In this document: in pieces, positions 12,701 through 20,573 of the stretch | Layout of the letters: each line of letters begins with the position of its first letter | Numbering within the stretch: position 1 is the stretch's first letter | Virus record (IMG/VR): IMGVR_UViG_3300026549_000050 | Coordinates: 51,302-115,301 of that record | Strand: one strand, 5' to 3' | DNA: 64,000 bases | Origin: a virus | Taxonomy: Duplodnaviria; Caudoviricetes | Program-made: the position numbers and the translations under genes | The notes under the pieces: model-generated | The model's database searches: none | What the model was told of the DNA's origin: nothing | The model's input: the letters and a program-made list of their open reading frames with translations, nothing else

Positions 12701-14233
12701 GAAGCATATAAATCAGAAATTCTTAAAGCATATCGCGCTAATAACAAATACGATATAAGTCCACAAGCTATTAAAGATTCAATAAATAGAGATTTTGAAA
12801 CTTTTTGGAATGGTTTAACTACAAATCAGCAAGAACAAAAGTTACTTACCAATGAAATCACTGGTATAAAAGATATAGTTAATAAAATTGAAAAAGAATT
12901 AGCTAATTCAAGTGTTTCTCTTTCCAGTGCCAAATCTAGTGGTTATTCTGCAAAAGGGGCAAAAAATCTATTTGGTGCCTCTCTGAGTGATTTACGTACA
13001 ATAGGTAAGTATACCGCCGCTGATTTCTTAAAATCAAATTACAAGGCAAAAGACCTTAAAGCGGCTGGTTTTAGTGCGTCGGAAGCAATAAAAGCTGGTG
13101 TTAGTTTAAAAGATTTAAAATCAGCTGGTTATACTGCTGCTAATTTAAAACAAGCCGGCGTAAAAATTGAAAATGCTAAAAAAGCTGGTTATACAAATGC
13201 TGAGTTAGCACAAGGATATGGCGCCACCGCGGCAATGATCAATTTAAATATGTCTGGTAAGGCAGTACAAAATGCTACTGGCGCCAGTGCAGCATCGTTA
13301 CAAAAAATTGTTAATAAAAGCGCTACTGACAAAGCTGTACAAACAGATATGTCTGGTGTTACAGCCAAAATGGATACAAATGGTAAGACTGCTGGAGGTT
13401 CTATTACTGGTACCATTGGTACTACTGGTAAACAGATTGCTGCCAATCGTGGGTCTACACTTTATGTACAAGGCTGGGATACCAAAACTGGTAAGGCAAA
13501 TGGTAAACAAGCGGTTTATACAATCGACAAGTTAACAGCCGCGCTAATTAAAAGTCATCCACAAGAGGCTAAACAAGCGTTAATTTATGCTATTCAAAAT
13601 CAAGCTTGGGGCTCTAAAATTAATAAGAATTTTAAAGGATTAGTCTCTGCCGCGAAAATTGGTGGCAATTCTTATAAATTAGCTAGTAAAGGTCATGCTT
13701 GGTATGCTAGTGTTGGTTCAGATGGTGTTATTTATCAAAATCATAATAGTGGTGTAGTTACTTGGAATCCGGCAACTGGAAAAACAAGTACAATTAAATA
13801 TGATAAAGCAAAATTTTTAGCAAAAGCCAAGAAAAATGATACAGTTAGTAGGGAATATGCACAAGTATTAATTGATAAAAAAGCTTATACTAAAACTCAA
13901 TTACAAAAAGCAGGAGTTAAAAAGTTTGCATCGGGCGGATTGGCAGACTTTACTGGTCCGGCCTGGCTTGATGGTACTAATTCCAAACCAGAACTTGTTT
14001 TAAATGCTCAGGATACTAAAAACTTCTTAGCCCTAAAGGATGTTTTAAGTAGAGCAGTTAAATCTACAAATGATATTTCTAACGGATATGGTAACGCTGT
14101 ATATGAAATTAATATAAATGTCGACCATATTAATAATGATTATGATGTAGATCGCATTGCCGAAAGAGTTAAACGAAATATTGTTAAAGATTCTAATTAT
14201 AGAAATATTACACAAGTAAGAAAATTCCGCTAA
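3782..14233 (+). CDS. Tail tape measure protein (~3480 aa)
   Basis: TP901-type TMP core (ELDAAMTETAVV...AGSRQQSRFIAMM), long helical/coiled-coil body, C-terminal FASGG...AWLDGT.SKPELVL motif; ATG 3782 follows a GGAGGAG RBS (ORF track starts at TTG 3767). Confidence 0.9.
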   Translation: MAETVDILLRARMEANEVTSSIGQIQKSLQSLTLPKGLSNDLEKEFSKIGPLLKDYQKQLNKGFSNKKDLQTFSALKEQIGDTLGTIKTLVNQANSQQIRLKVDTQAIDQLQNKIVSKTEALQKALSQVFTKSVNADNIATQFDKVLQSTSRSTSVKGMIGNAGKLFNAQEYAAYNAELDKIKNKILSLSTSKVNFAKSLGVKDAEKDIAAVEAKITSFFNKLKVNEGKVQSIELLKKELREMGVELEQLDISSKLKGAEEVNSLHAGLQQIEQDFHNTGNAANDAASGILSMKDQVGQLRQSTQYFFSLRNMINLFKRGIDDAVKSVKELDAAMTETAVVTTNTVGDMWNMLPEYTKNANALGATVLDMYKATTLYYQQGLNAEQSMSIAAETMKMARIGGLEAADATDKMTAALRGFNMEINELSAQRINDVYSNLAAKTASNTEELGSAMQRTASIAHSAGMSFEGTAAFLAQAIETTREPAENLGTAMKTIVARFQELKENPLEIVEVDGEEVSYNKVDTALQSIGVSLKDANGQFRNLDKVFLEIAQRWDSLTQTQQRYIATTAAGSRQQSRFIAMMSNYERTMQLMSYANDSAGASNEQFNKTMDSLEAKLNKLHNAWQAFMMGIANNTFVKGAVDGLTFVISQTNTLINTLSGGRGVIKSFLSLFTAFTALKGLGRFANAAIGGLGGMLDPQSSFKQGFFGGGIIGNKANANATQARMISDPIVNAINRLYQAQTGKTVTKDSQTSAKADYKAFTEANTGLRGTINQLKPGEQFSIGEAYSKIDKLDTRQQKAVLQQLPGLTLSLQKNGIKFNTKDISRSSQELLKVFNKEINDGLKNGNIDSQTALKMFGSPQEFAKAMSARGDDYARAAQEVLGNSFDRSTYREDLANKLLQVEKFKNMDKDSFNNYLDKAVAKRNERDQQEFAGFATSQISNGAKLANNIASVGQAATMAGQGVAQLGMQLSNAGFKTAGAAVTDLGYKISSLGMIASSVGSVFGKIFANDGPMALINAHPVMAMVTAIAAIAGTVAFINKQIKENAKNSAQEIQQAYSESVKEASDKIDSLKANVSTFKQLSKGVDKYGHNLSLTEEEYDQFLSTSKALAETSPSLIKGYDAQGRAIIATGDAVDQLIKKQEDLRNTARDNYITGEAFSTNIAGIRAGENYESIVSSESYIDEYGTTQFKQVFMGKQIATFNKAVKKIDNKKLKNLNAEITKLTGHEIDLANINDQSVKVIASRYQDINRLVEENSQKLDDKTREGLQKAFSGIGEDYNSFLSDLQPLTEQLGLFLDSKGLSVLGLGISEEFVAGFNKGLEDLALTSVTENWGGSRLQREAENYAKGFRNLTKEGSAYSRTLEQIDRIQQDYLKNAGETGAIEDYNKNIQEQINHLNSLANQYDGTSAAGTAFAEMCRSAAADAQMFTEYGVALLGEGLNTLASEFSQAREAQKRFEEATAGGDYYTAAEGYKSIMDTVMNEKNDAGQGSLTAWRGATELLGASVVDNAKSWDEVASKIQKIAPMFEDGAEGVLAFNDFLVEAWHNAGGASGELAKLGSVIDGEFHFDFDTQNESLEKFAKLLGISEGALAALIDKSRQWVPWDISDPDMIMSALRNSETTIQGSNGTLYTAESAFRDEAYRNEIVGDNYKETRKTVEDRGVKLLTVDELTAKSQSGIVANDILKDLNISSQQQNNTLDNAVRVFSGLGFGLEDITTVLTKQGMSLQEGPVTAEQIAEVYDQQAFAAENPTVAGIASDTGIIASNTSALLTSMGILDKNTKEKVDEVTSDKYVDNAFLDYKRERKGATNQAEREQALNNVQAKIDKYDSDIERLKQGQSTHKEDTATWKEYQETIDKLEKARNNLSGMVEKDQQLLIDTAEQAQTIIQDIGISNENTDFLNANALDVSNALNNTDINAGIASLAALRQEGSLTKDTMFALASEFQKIHNTDLSQLTYGELANLYTQLGLGKEQCTELYASLNGLSEDEIEILINPEVEGKEKVDQFLDELAKTPKQKEIFIEAAAKIAGGNAASAKDTIMQQLGFSSEQAEIITQKIEVALETESLDTASVIDAVDSIPSYKGINVNANIANAMSGIDQTKGNISSIPDEHGTNITADNSDLNSKSAQATSNINSIPDSHGTNITATDSATSVISRVRTALSRIPSVVRSIIKVDKEAARGLNYSIPAHQTPSFGSAANGFNTTGSSKRSMTALVGEEGFEIAYIPSQARSMILGANGPEITSFPSDTVIYPHKQSLDIIRRGKQKNSFDSFAQGRSGGLRSSVIKYVESNNARKSGGSSSNNKSNNKSNAGNKAAKAVEDTAKRIGGVSVWWENIARKTEATQRKADNNQKNFDKYIKDMRATLKKTGTVGQGDAYISNLKNVISLNQQQVKKATQQLLTLDIGTDAYRKAKNAEERAKANERAFNGATPGVAQVSYSTGSGDNKKTVDELVNLAPFIKKDKTGAYVVDQGVLNSVKNQERRKGIADAANKEVNDLTNKRNKAEDEIKKAQEALEKMGEELYNTFFAWETELTKIWNITQKIERAEEKLSRQKAYSELLTAQLNSGLQKATKEFNKKSVAAFKTEIKQETKILRSRVNSISVLRDNVTKALSTADEKATLKSIKAKLASDKKYDAARANLQKKAEAKTKARNRVKKAKAGVSSAQAQLKAAKKTGNAKQIAAAQTKLNNANRELANANKALTNATKAYNTASKSLSQYKNLNATEKLGYETYAKKLQEDIDIQNAASKYLTATRLADGTVDFNFNSSRFEQDKLAGNISADKAKKIEEYVEKVQKAVEELNTTYKEITDVLTDMHDRLADLKDQWANYARDLWEYVEEKKKDDVENLKKLSSSISNALKKLLDEVKRKLDERRRVEDNAKTESDISRKQQRLAMLRADTSGGNLVEIAQLEQELATAQQNYQRSLEDQLLDKLQQQADLAAQQRERLIELSEAQLEATNNAALVDMWMANPEAYKSEILKAYRANNKYDISPQAIKDSINRDFETFWNGLTTNQQEQKLLTNEITGIKDIVNKIEKELANSSVSLSSAKSSGYSAKGAKNLFGASLSDLRTIGKYTAADFLKSNYKAKDLKAAGFSASEAIKAGVSLKDLKSAGYTAANLKQAGVKIENAKKAGYTNAELAQGYGATAAMINLNMSGKAVQNATGASAASLQKIVNKSATDKAVQTDMSGVTAKMDTNGKTAGGSITGTIGTTGKQIAANRGSTLYVQGWDTKTGKANGKQAVYTIDKLTAALIKSHPQEAKQALIYAIQNQAWGSKINKNFKGLVSAAKIGGNSYKLASKGHAWYASVGSDGVIYQNHNSGVVTWNPATGKTSTIKYDKAKFLAKAKKNDTVSREYAQVLIDKKAYTKTQLQKAGVKKFASGGLADFTGPAWLDGTNSKPELVLNAQDTKNFLALKDVLSRAVKSTNDISNGYGNAVYEININVDHINNDYDVDRIAERVKRNIVKDSNYRNITQVRKFR

Positions 14234-14234
14234 A

Positions 14235-14260
14235 AAAAGAGGGGTATATACCCCTCTTTT
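14235..14260. terminator. Bidirectional terminator between convergent TMP and replication block
   Basis: AAAAGAGGGG-TATATA-CCCCTCTTTT. Confidence 0.85.
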
Positions 14261-14272
14261 AATTTGTTTTAA

Positions 14273-14656
14273 TTATTCCATAAAAGGCATCAATGCTTCC
14301 AGTTCTTCCGAAGTACATTCTACATTGTCGCCCAAATCTTCAAGACATAAATTAAAATTATCAATTTCAACTTCTAAGTTTTGTAAATCTTCTAAAGCTT
14401 GATTACACTCATCTATTTTGTCGTCTATTATCATAATTTGTGAACCGTCTTCTGAAAAAACAAATTCTCCGTTTGCATCTTTTTTTGCGTATATATCTAT
14501 AATTTCTTGAAATTTCTCACTATAAAATTCAGTTTCTTTTTCGATGGCTTTTTTAATTTTATTAATTTTATAAGCTCCCTTTAGTGGCAGATTTACTCCA
14601 GCAAAAAAATTGCTATTGTTTCTAAAGCTTATTAATTGTTCCATTTTTACTTTCAT
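14273..14656 (-). CDS. Conserved phage hypothetical protein (DUF1617-like)
   Basis: 127 aa, LPLKGAYKINKIKKAIEKE...YAKKDANGE pattern. Confidence 0.45.
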   Translation of the reverse strand: MKVKMEQLISFRNNSNFFAGVNLPLKGAYKINKIKKAIEKETEFYSEKFQEIIDIYAKKDANGEFVFSEDGSQIMIIDDKIDECNQALEDLQNLEVEIDNFNLCLEDLGDNVECTSEELEALMPFME

Positions 14657-14662
14657 TTTAGT

Positions 14663-15418
14663 TTATTCCTCCCAGTTGAATGTTTCAACTTTCTTCTTAT
14701 AATTATCACTTACATATTTACCAATACCAATCGCATCGGCTACATCGTCAGATACTGTAATATCAAACCATTCTTTTACTTTCATTTGCATTGACCGTTT
14801 ACGGTCCGCGCGGGTACGCCCTTTTACTTGACAATGACTACGCCATGTGGCGGGTGGTACGATTTTATAATCAACTTCTGCCATATAACATTCTGCCATT
14901 AAGATGCCTTGTAATCGCGCAAGAGTTTGATATGTAGTAACTCCGATTGTTTTGTTGTTAAATTGTTGAAGTTGTATTCCCTCAATTCCAATTATATCTG
15001 GGTCCCATTTAAAAATTAATTGATATAACCAATTTTTAATTTCTATATCTCGTGCTATTTCGTCTTCGGCGGCCGCCTCAAACGTACCGGCATAGATAAG
15101 TTCCTTACCATCAAATATAGAATATCCTGTTACGTGGGTGGCTTGGTCTAAACCAATTGACCGCTGTATAAGTTTATTTTTGGGAATTATTTTTTCTTCA
15201 AAATTATTATATTGATTTTGTTTACATACTGGACACTCCCATTTATCTCTAACTTTCTTATAAGGAAGATAAACTCTATGTCCTTCATTACATTCAAAAA
15301 TTAAATCTGTGTCTAAATTTTTATATTCTTCTGAAATTAAACTCCAACTATGCTCTATCGCCGCCTTTCTTATATCATCAATTTTTATTTTAGCCAATTC
15401 CTGTACTTCCGAAGCCAC
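14663..15418 (-). CDS. RuvC-like Holliday junction resolvase with N-terminal Zn-ribbon
   Basis: IGLDQAT, IGIEG and DDVADAIGIG acidic catalytic motifs; N-terminal CNEGH...CPVC. Confidence 0.75.
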   Translation of the reverse strand: MASEVQELAKIKIDDIRKAAIEHSWSLISEEYKNLDTDLIFECNEGHRVYLPYKKVRDKWECPVCKQNQYNNFEEKIIPKNKLIQRSIGLDQATHVTGYSIFDGKELIYAGTFEAAAEDEIARDIEIKNWLYQLIFKWDPDIIGIEGIQLQQFNNKTIGVTTYQTLARLQGILMAECYMAEVDYKIVPPATWRSHCQVKGRTRADRKRSMQMKVKEWFDITVSDDVADAIGIGKYVSDNYKKKVETFNWEE

Positions 15419-16382
15419 CGCCGCGGTCTTCGCCGATTTCTCCTACAGATTCCACTTGTAAAAAGTTTGCTTGTGGAACTTGAACTAATCTCATTTGAGC
15501 GAAACGGTCACCTTTAGAGATTGTATAAGAACTTCCATGAAGTATTGATTTAATATGAATTTCTCCATTATCGTCAAAATCATATTCTATATCTTTAAAT
15601 GGCGGCTCGATGTTTTCTATGATAACACCAATTTCATCGCGATATCCTGCGTCAATAAGTCCTGGCGTATTAGCAATTCGAAGTTTTGTTTTTACTGATT
15701 GTCCAGAGCGTGGTTGGATAAGTATGGCATATCCTTCTGGTATTGCCATTTTAATTCCTGTTCCTACAATTTTAGTTTCACCTGGGTTAATTGTAATTTC
15801 TTCTTTTGCATATATATCTAATCCTGCATCGGTTTTATGTGCATATGCGGGTAGTTTAACCTCTTCTTCAAGTTCACAAGGTATTTGAATAACTTGCGAA
15901 CCACCAAGAATTTGGTGTACCTTATTATTTACCAATGTATAAATTTCTTTAAGAAAATCTTTTTTTGGGTTACTTAAAAAGTCAATTTTATCAATAGCTT
16001 CTATAGCTGTGCTAAAGTCTGAATCTAAAGACTCTTGATTGTAGTTTTGCCCTATTACTAAAGCACGTAGTTCAACGGCCGCCTCTGGTTCATTTAAAGT
16101 TTCTGCAAAAATCCCAAGAAATTGATCTTTAAGTAGGTTGAAATTATCATCTTCAAGAGCTAGTAAAGACTCAAACATTTCTAGACCACCGAGTAGGTCG
16201 ATTGCATCTTTATTATCTTCATAGAATTGTTGTAATTCTTCTTCGTTAATTTCTACTTCTTCATTGTCCGTCGTTGGCGCGCCGTCAAGATTTTTTATGA
16301 TAAATATATCATTTGTGGTTGTAAAAATATTACCCTCTAATTCTTCTTTAGATTTAAGCTCTACTATATTCTCATTATTCAT
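15390..16382 (-). CDS. dut: Trimeric dUTPase with long acidic N-terminal extension
   Basis: All five motifs: AGLD, RSG, GLIDAGYRDEI, RFAQ, RGGGFGSTG. Confidence 0.9.
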   Translation of the reverse strand: MNNENIVELKSKEELEGNIFTTTNDIFIIKNLDGAPTTDNEEVEINEEELQQFYEDNKDAIDLLGGLEMFESLLALEDDNFNLLKDQFLGIFAETLNEPEAAVELRALVIGQNYNQESLDSDFSTAIEAIDKIDFLSNPKKDFLKEIYTLVNNKVHQILGGSQVIQIPCELEEEVKLPAYAHKTDAGLDIYAKEEITINPGETKIVGTGIKMAIPEGYAILIQPRSGQSVKTKLRIANTPGLIDAGYRDEIGVIIENIEPPFKDIEYDFDDNGEIHIKSILHGSSYTISKGDRFAQMRLVQVPQANFLQVESVGEIGEDRGGGFGSTGIG

Positions 16383-17308
16383 AAATTATAACTCCCCGAA
16401 GAAATTCGATTTATAAAAATTATAATTTCTTCTATTATATTACTATTTTTATTTAAAACCAAAAGTGGAATATTATGTTTAAAACAATATTGTAGTTTCA
16501 TATCATCGTGCTGTTGTTGTCTTTTTAAATAATCATCGCCACCCCAGTATTCTATTGACTGGTAGTGTTGTTGACCTTGATATTCTATTAATCCAAGAAG
16601 TTGATTACTCTTATTTAAAATGGCAAAATCAAAGCGTAGTTTTTTATCTTTATCACTTTTTAAATCTTCAAAAGTGTATTGACGTTTAAAATTGATATTA
16701 TAATCTTTTAAAAAACGCGCTATTGTTTCTTCTTGCCAGGATAATAAACAACCACAAGATTTGGTATTGCCGCTACGTAGTCTTATACCTTCCACATCTA
16801 TTTCATTTCCACATCGACATTGGCAGTGCCAGATAGCTTTTGGACTTTTTTCCACTAAAGATAAAACAGTTAAGAAGCCATAGGTGTTTCCTGTTTCATC
16901 TTTAAATTGTTTATTGCTTCGAGTTTCCCGTGCATAGCATCCACAAGATAAAACCTTCCCACTCCGTAAATCGGTACCATAGACTTCGGTTTGATTTCCG
17001 CAATCGCATTGACAGAGCCATTTTGCTTTTCCATTAGTGGTATTATTAACGCGTTTAATAACTAATAATTTACCATATCTATTGCCGGTTTCATCTTTAA
17101 ATACCCCACTGCGCTGATGTCGCAGCGCGCAAGAGAGGCCGCAAGAAGTAATTTTTCCTTTGCGCAAATCACTTCCTCTAACAATCTTTGTATTTCCGCA
17201 ATCACATTGGCATAACCAAGCGGTTCTTCCGTTTTTATCTTTGGTTAGTTCTTTGACAGTTAAAAAACCATATTTATTTCCACTTTCATCAATTAATTTT
17301 TGTCCCAT
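16379..17308 (-). CDS. Free-standing homing-endonuclease-like protein (three Cys-rich repeats plus Vsr/DUF559-like nuclease)
   Basis: Three GxLxV...W.CQC.CGN...LRSG...SCG repeats; C-terminal RFDF...LIEYQGQQH. Confidence 0.7.
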   Translation of the reverse strand: MGQKLIDESGNKYGFLTVKELTKDKNGRTAWLCQCDCGNTKIVRGSDLRKGKITSCGLSCALRHQRSGVFKDETGNRYGKLLVIKRVNNTTNGKAKWLCQCDCGNQTEVYGTDLRSGKVLSCGCYARETRSNKQFKDETGNTYGFLTVLSLVEKSPKAIWHCQCRCGNEIDVEGIRLRSGNTKSCGCLLSWQEETIARFLKDYNINFKRQYTFEDLKSDKDKKLRFDFAILNKSNQLLGLIEYQGQQHYQSIEYWGGDDYLKRQQQHDDMKLQYCFKHNIPLLVLNKNSNIIEEIIIFINRISSGSYNL

Positions 17309-17314
17309 TATATT

Positions 17315-17527
17315 CTACTCCCAAAAAGTTGAAATCTCCTTTACAACTTTAAGTAGAAAACCGCTATCAATAACTTCACCTTTTTGCTTCTTTTCTTTAA
17401 GAGCATAACCACTTGCCTTTAAAATATAACCATTTTCTTTAGCATCTTGACGAAAATGTTCCATTACTTCTCTTGCTTCGTCTTCAGTTTCTACTCTATA
17501 TTCTTCTGTTCTTTTAATTAATCTCAT
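17315..17527 (-). CDS. Hypothetical protein
   Basis: 70 aa, AGGAG RBS, downstream of a sigmaA promoter. Confidence 0.65.
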   Translation of the reverse strand: MRLIKRTEEYRVETEDEAREVMEHFRQDAKENGYILKASGYALKEKKQKGEVIDSGFLLKVVKEISTFWE

Positions 17528-17583
17528 TGTATTCTCCTGTTGTTAAATTAACACATTATAAACTTTTCCTTATTTCTACTTAT

Positions 17584-17612
17584 ATTATACCAAAAAAAAT
17601 TTTTTTTGTCAA
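17584..17612 (-). promoter_or_regulatory. sigmaA-type promoter
   Basis: TTGACA-17-TATAAT on the minus strand, with TG extension. Confidence 0.8.
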
Positions 17613-17616
17613 AATT

Positions 17617-17642
17617 TAAGGCCAGCGTTTAAGCTGACCTTA
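17617..17642 (-). terminator. Hairpin terminator after nrd operon
   Basis: TAAGGCCAGC-GTTTAA-GCTGACCTTA inverted repeat. Confidence 0.5.
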
Positions 17643-17646
17643 ATGT

Positions 17647-17889
17647 TTATTCGTTTTCAGCGGCCCACCGTCTACCATCGCCATAGCCTGCGACGTAACC
17701 AGCAGTATGCTGTTGTGCTAAGGCTTTCTTTATGTTTTCTAAAGCCTGCGGGAAACAGCTACCAACCAAAAATTCAAAGGAGATTTCTTCGAGATTATCT
17801 CGTTCTATTATATTTATAATTTTATCAAATTTTTCTCTACTTACTACAATTTTATCAGTTATTTCTGTACTCATTCTATTATCTCCCAT
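17647..17889 (-). CDS. Hypothetical protein
   Basis: ~75-80 aa, coupled to nrdG. Confidence 0.55.
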   Translation of the reverse strand: MGDNRMSTEITDKIVVSREKFDKIINIIERDNLEEISFEFLVGSCFPQALENIKKALAQQHTAGYVAGYGDGRRWAAENE

Positions 17890-18371
17890 TTTCCATTATT
17901 GTTTTTCCAAATGTGTTGATTAGTACTACCGCGTAAGCGTAAGTCTAAGTTTTTTAGTTTCTCGATAAAAGGACCTTCGATTAATATATCAGTATCAGAT
18001 AATATCTTTTTTAATATATCTGATTGATTATACATTAAATCTTCATAGGTGTAACCTGTCCACAAAGTTATTTCAATATGTGGATAGGCATGACGTACCG
18101 CGTTAATAACTTCCGCAGTCATTTCTAAATTTTGTTCTGCCAACGGCTCGCCGCCAAGTACAGAGAAATTACGGCATATATCATTAGCAGAAATTAATTT
18201 AATAATTTCCCATTTTACTTCTGAGGTATATTTTATTCCTTCATCAAAATCCCAAGTTTCTTCGTTGAAACAACCGGGACATCGGTGGGGACATCCTTGT
18301 ACCCAAAAAGATACGCAAACGCCCCTACCATTAACTACATCATTTGGAATTATTGTATTATATCTGCTCAT
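17871..18371 (-). CDS. nrdG: Anaerobic ribonucleotide reductase activase
   Basis: Radical SAM GCPHRCPGCFN, GGEP, RGSTNQ; adjacent to nrdD. Confidence 0.92.
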   Translation of the reverse strand: MSRYNTIIPNDVVNGRGVCVSFWVQGCPHRCPGCFNEETWDFDEGIKYTSEVKWEIIKLISANDICRNFSVLGGEPLAEQNLEMTAEVINAVRHAYPHIEITLWTGYTYEDLMYNQSDILKKILSDTDILIEGPFIEKLKNLDLRLRGSTNQHIWKNNNGKWEIIE

Positions 18372-20545
18372 AATTTTTTACTGTGTTTAAATCTATCCTC
18401 TACTTCTGCTATTTTACCGGGGTTAAAAGCAGTAGTATAATTGCCCGTCAGATAGCCTGTTACCCTACGCAATCTTTGAACATCGGTACAACCACATTCA
18501 GGACACTCGTTTCCAATTTCACCAGTCCAACCACAATTTAAACAAGTGTCGCTTGGAACATTAATTGCAAAATATGGAATGTCTTTGTTCATAGCATAGT
18601 TTACAATTTGTTCGAGTGCTTCTAGATTTTTTAAAACAGCTCCTTCTAATTCAACATAAGTGATACAACCCGCACTAGAATAACCAGTTAACTGACTTTC
18701 GATATCTATTTTATCGAAAGGAGAAATCTCTTTCCATACTGGCACGTGCATTGAGTTGGTAAAATAATCTTTATCGCTAACTTTTGGAATTTCCCCAAAT
18801 TCTTTTTTAAATTTGTTCATAGCAGTATAGCACAGATTTTCTGCTGGCGTATAGTATACTCCAAAGTTTAATTGATACTCTTGTTTAAACTCGGCACATC
18901 TGTCTTTGAATAATTGTTCTATACGTTTTGCAAGTTCCATACCTTTTTCTTCGGTGTGGTCACAATCAATAAGAATTTGAAGAGCTTCTGCAAGTCCTAA
19001 TTGACCTATTACTATTGTTCCATGCTTAAGAGCAGAGCGGATACCTTCTTCTGGTACATAACCAACCATTGTATTATTTTCGTACATAAACTTAGCCGCG
19101 TCTGCACTTTGGGAACATATATATTCAAATCTTTCCAATAACATATCTTTTGCTTCGTGAATTTTCTCATCGAGTAAATACATGAAGTCTTCTACATTAC
19201 CGGCCTCCATAGCGAGAGTTGGTAGGATTATTGTTACAGGACATATGTTACCGCGACCATCTTTAAGCTGACCGAAACCATTTATATCATAGCCATTCGC
19301 AGTTCTGCATCCCATTGTTGAGAAATAAGTGCGAGGGTCATTTACATCATAGCCTGCATTACCAGACCAATCTACATTAGCGTAGTTTGGATATAAACGT
19401 TTTGCTGTTGATTCGAGCGCGAGTTTATATAAGTCATAGTTTGGAGTGCCAGGCTTATCGTTTACACCTTTCCAATATTGGAAAATTCCACAAGGGAAAA
19501 TTGGAGTTTTATGTAAGTGACCTACACCTTTTATTGAACCCTCAAGCAGTGCTTTTATTACCATACGCCCCTCTGGGAGAGTACAAGTTCCATAGTTGAT
19601 TGAAGTAAATGGAAGTTGATTTCCAGAGCGAGATTGGAGAGTGTTTAAGTTATGATACATTCCTTCAACCGCTTGACGTGTTTCTTTTTCAGTCATATCC
19701 ATAGCATATTGATATGCTTTTTCATAAGATTTATATTTTTCATTATCAATTGACATTTCATTGGAGAATAAATCTGGTGAATAAATTTTATCATCCACAT
19801 ATTTTAATCCATCCATAAAATGTTTATAGAAAGATTTACGCACATATGGAACCATCGTCCAGTCTAAATGCGTAGCACTAACTCCACCAAACTGTTGCAG
19901 TGATTGAAGCTGAAACAAAACTGCTACAAGCTGAAAAGCAGTATTAATTGAATTGGCTGGTCTTACATCCGTTTGACGAGTATTAAAACCATTAGCTAAT
20001 AAATCATCAAAAGGTACTGATAAACAGTTGTGCATACCAAGAATATAACTATCAAGGTCATGAATATAAATTTCATTATTTAAATGATTGTTACGAGCCA
20101 TTTCAGATACTAAATTATCTAACGCATACTGTTTAAAGATAACTGAATCTGCCTCACCCCTGCGGCCGCCGAATGAGTATTCATCGACGTTTGCGTTCTG
20201 ATTTTTAACATCACTTGCGGCGAGTTTAATGGCTACCTTATCCATCATCGCACTATTCCAATTACGGATGCGCGCTCTTTCTTCACGATAGGTAATATAT
20301 TTGCGAGCAACGTCTTTACGCTTAGTAGACATAAGACCGCGCTCTACCATATCTTGTACTTCTTCAACAGTTAAAATTTTATTTCGACTTTCTTTTTCGA
20401 TAAATTCTGCGATTTTGTTTGCTTTTTCAATTGCATATGGGGTAACTTCTCCATCTGCGTCTTTAAAAGCACTTGTAATAGCATCAACAATTTTGTTTTT
20501 GTTAAATTGAACTAATCTACCATCTCTTTTTTTAATATATTGCAT
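18368..20545 (-). CDS. nrdD: Anaerobic (class III) ribonucleoside-triphosphate reductase
   Basis: N-terminal ATP-cone (IKKRDGR), HIHDLD-like YIHDLD, MGCRT, TPAENLC, C-terminal Zn site and RRVTGYL glycyl-radical motif. Confidence 0.95.
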   Translation of the reverse strand: MQYIKKRDGRLVQFNKNKIVDAITSAFKDADGEVTPYAIEKANKIAEFIEKESRNKILTVEEVQDMVERGLMSTKRKDVARKYITYREERARIRNWNSAMMDKVAIKLAASDVKNQNANVDEYSFGGRRGEADSVIFKQYALDNLVSEMARNNHLNNEIYIHDLDSYILGMHNCLSVPFDDLLANGFNTRQTDVRPANSINTAFQLVAVLFQLQSLQQFGGVSATHLDWTMVPYVRKSFYKHFMDGLKYVDDKIYSPDLFSNEMSIDNEKYKSYEKAYQYAMDMTEKETRQAVEGMYHNLNTLQSRSGNQLPFTSINYGTCTLPEGRMVIKALLEGSIKGVGHLHKTPIFPCGIFQYWKGVNDKPGTPNYDLYKLALESTAKRLYPNYANVDWSGNAGYDVNDPRTYFSTMGCRTANGYDINGFGQLKDGRGNICPVTIILPTLAMEAGNVEDFMYLLDEKIHEAKDMLLERFEYICSQSADAAKFMYENNTMVGYVPEEGIRSALKHGTIVIGQLGLAEALQILIDCDHTEEKGMELAKRIEQLFKDRCAEFKQEYQLNFGVYYTPAENLCYTAMNKFKKEFGEIPKVSDKDYFTNSMHVPVWKEISPFDKIDIESQLTGYSSAGCITYVELEGAVLKNLEALEQIVNYAMNKDIPYFAINVPSDTCLNCGWTGEIGNECPECGCTDVQRLRRVTGYLTGNYTTAFNPGKIAEVEDRFKHSKKL

Positions 20546-20573
20546 ATTTATGCCTCCTAATTATTTAAATAGT

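Noticed and set aside
17575-17581. TCTACTT copy as another late promoter
   Set aside because: It points antisense to local genes and overlaps the start region of a sigmaA promoter, so it may be coincidental.
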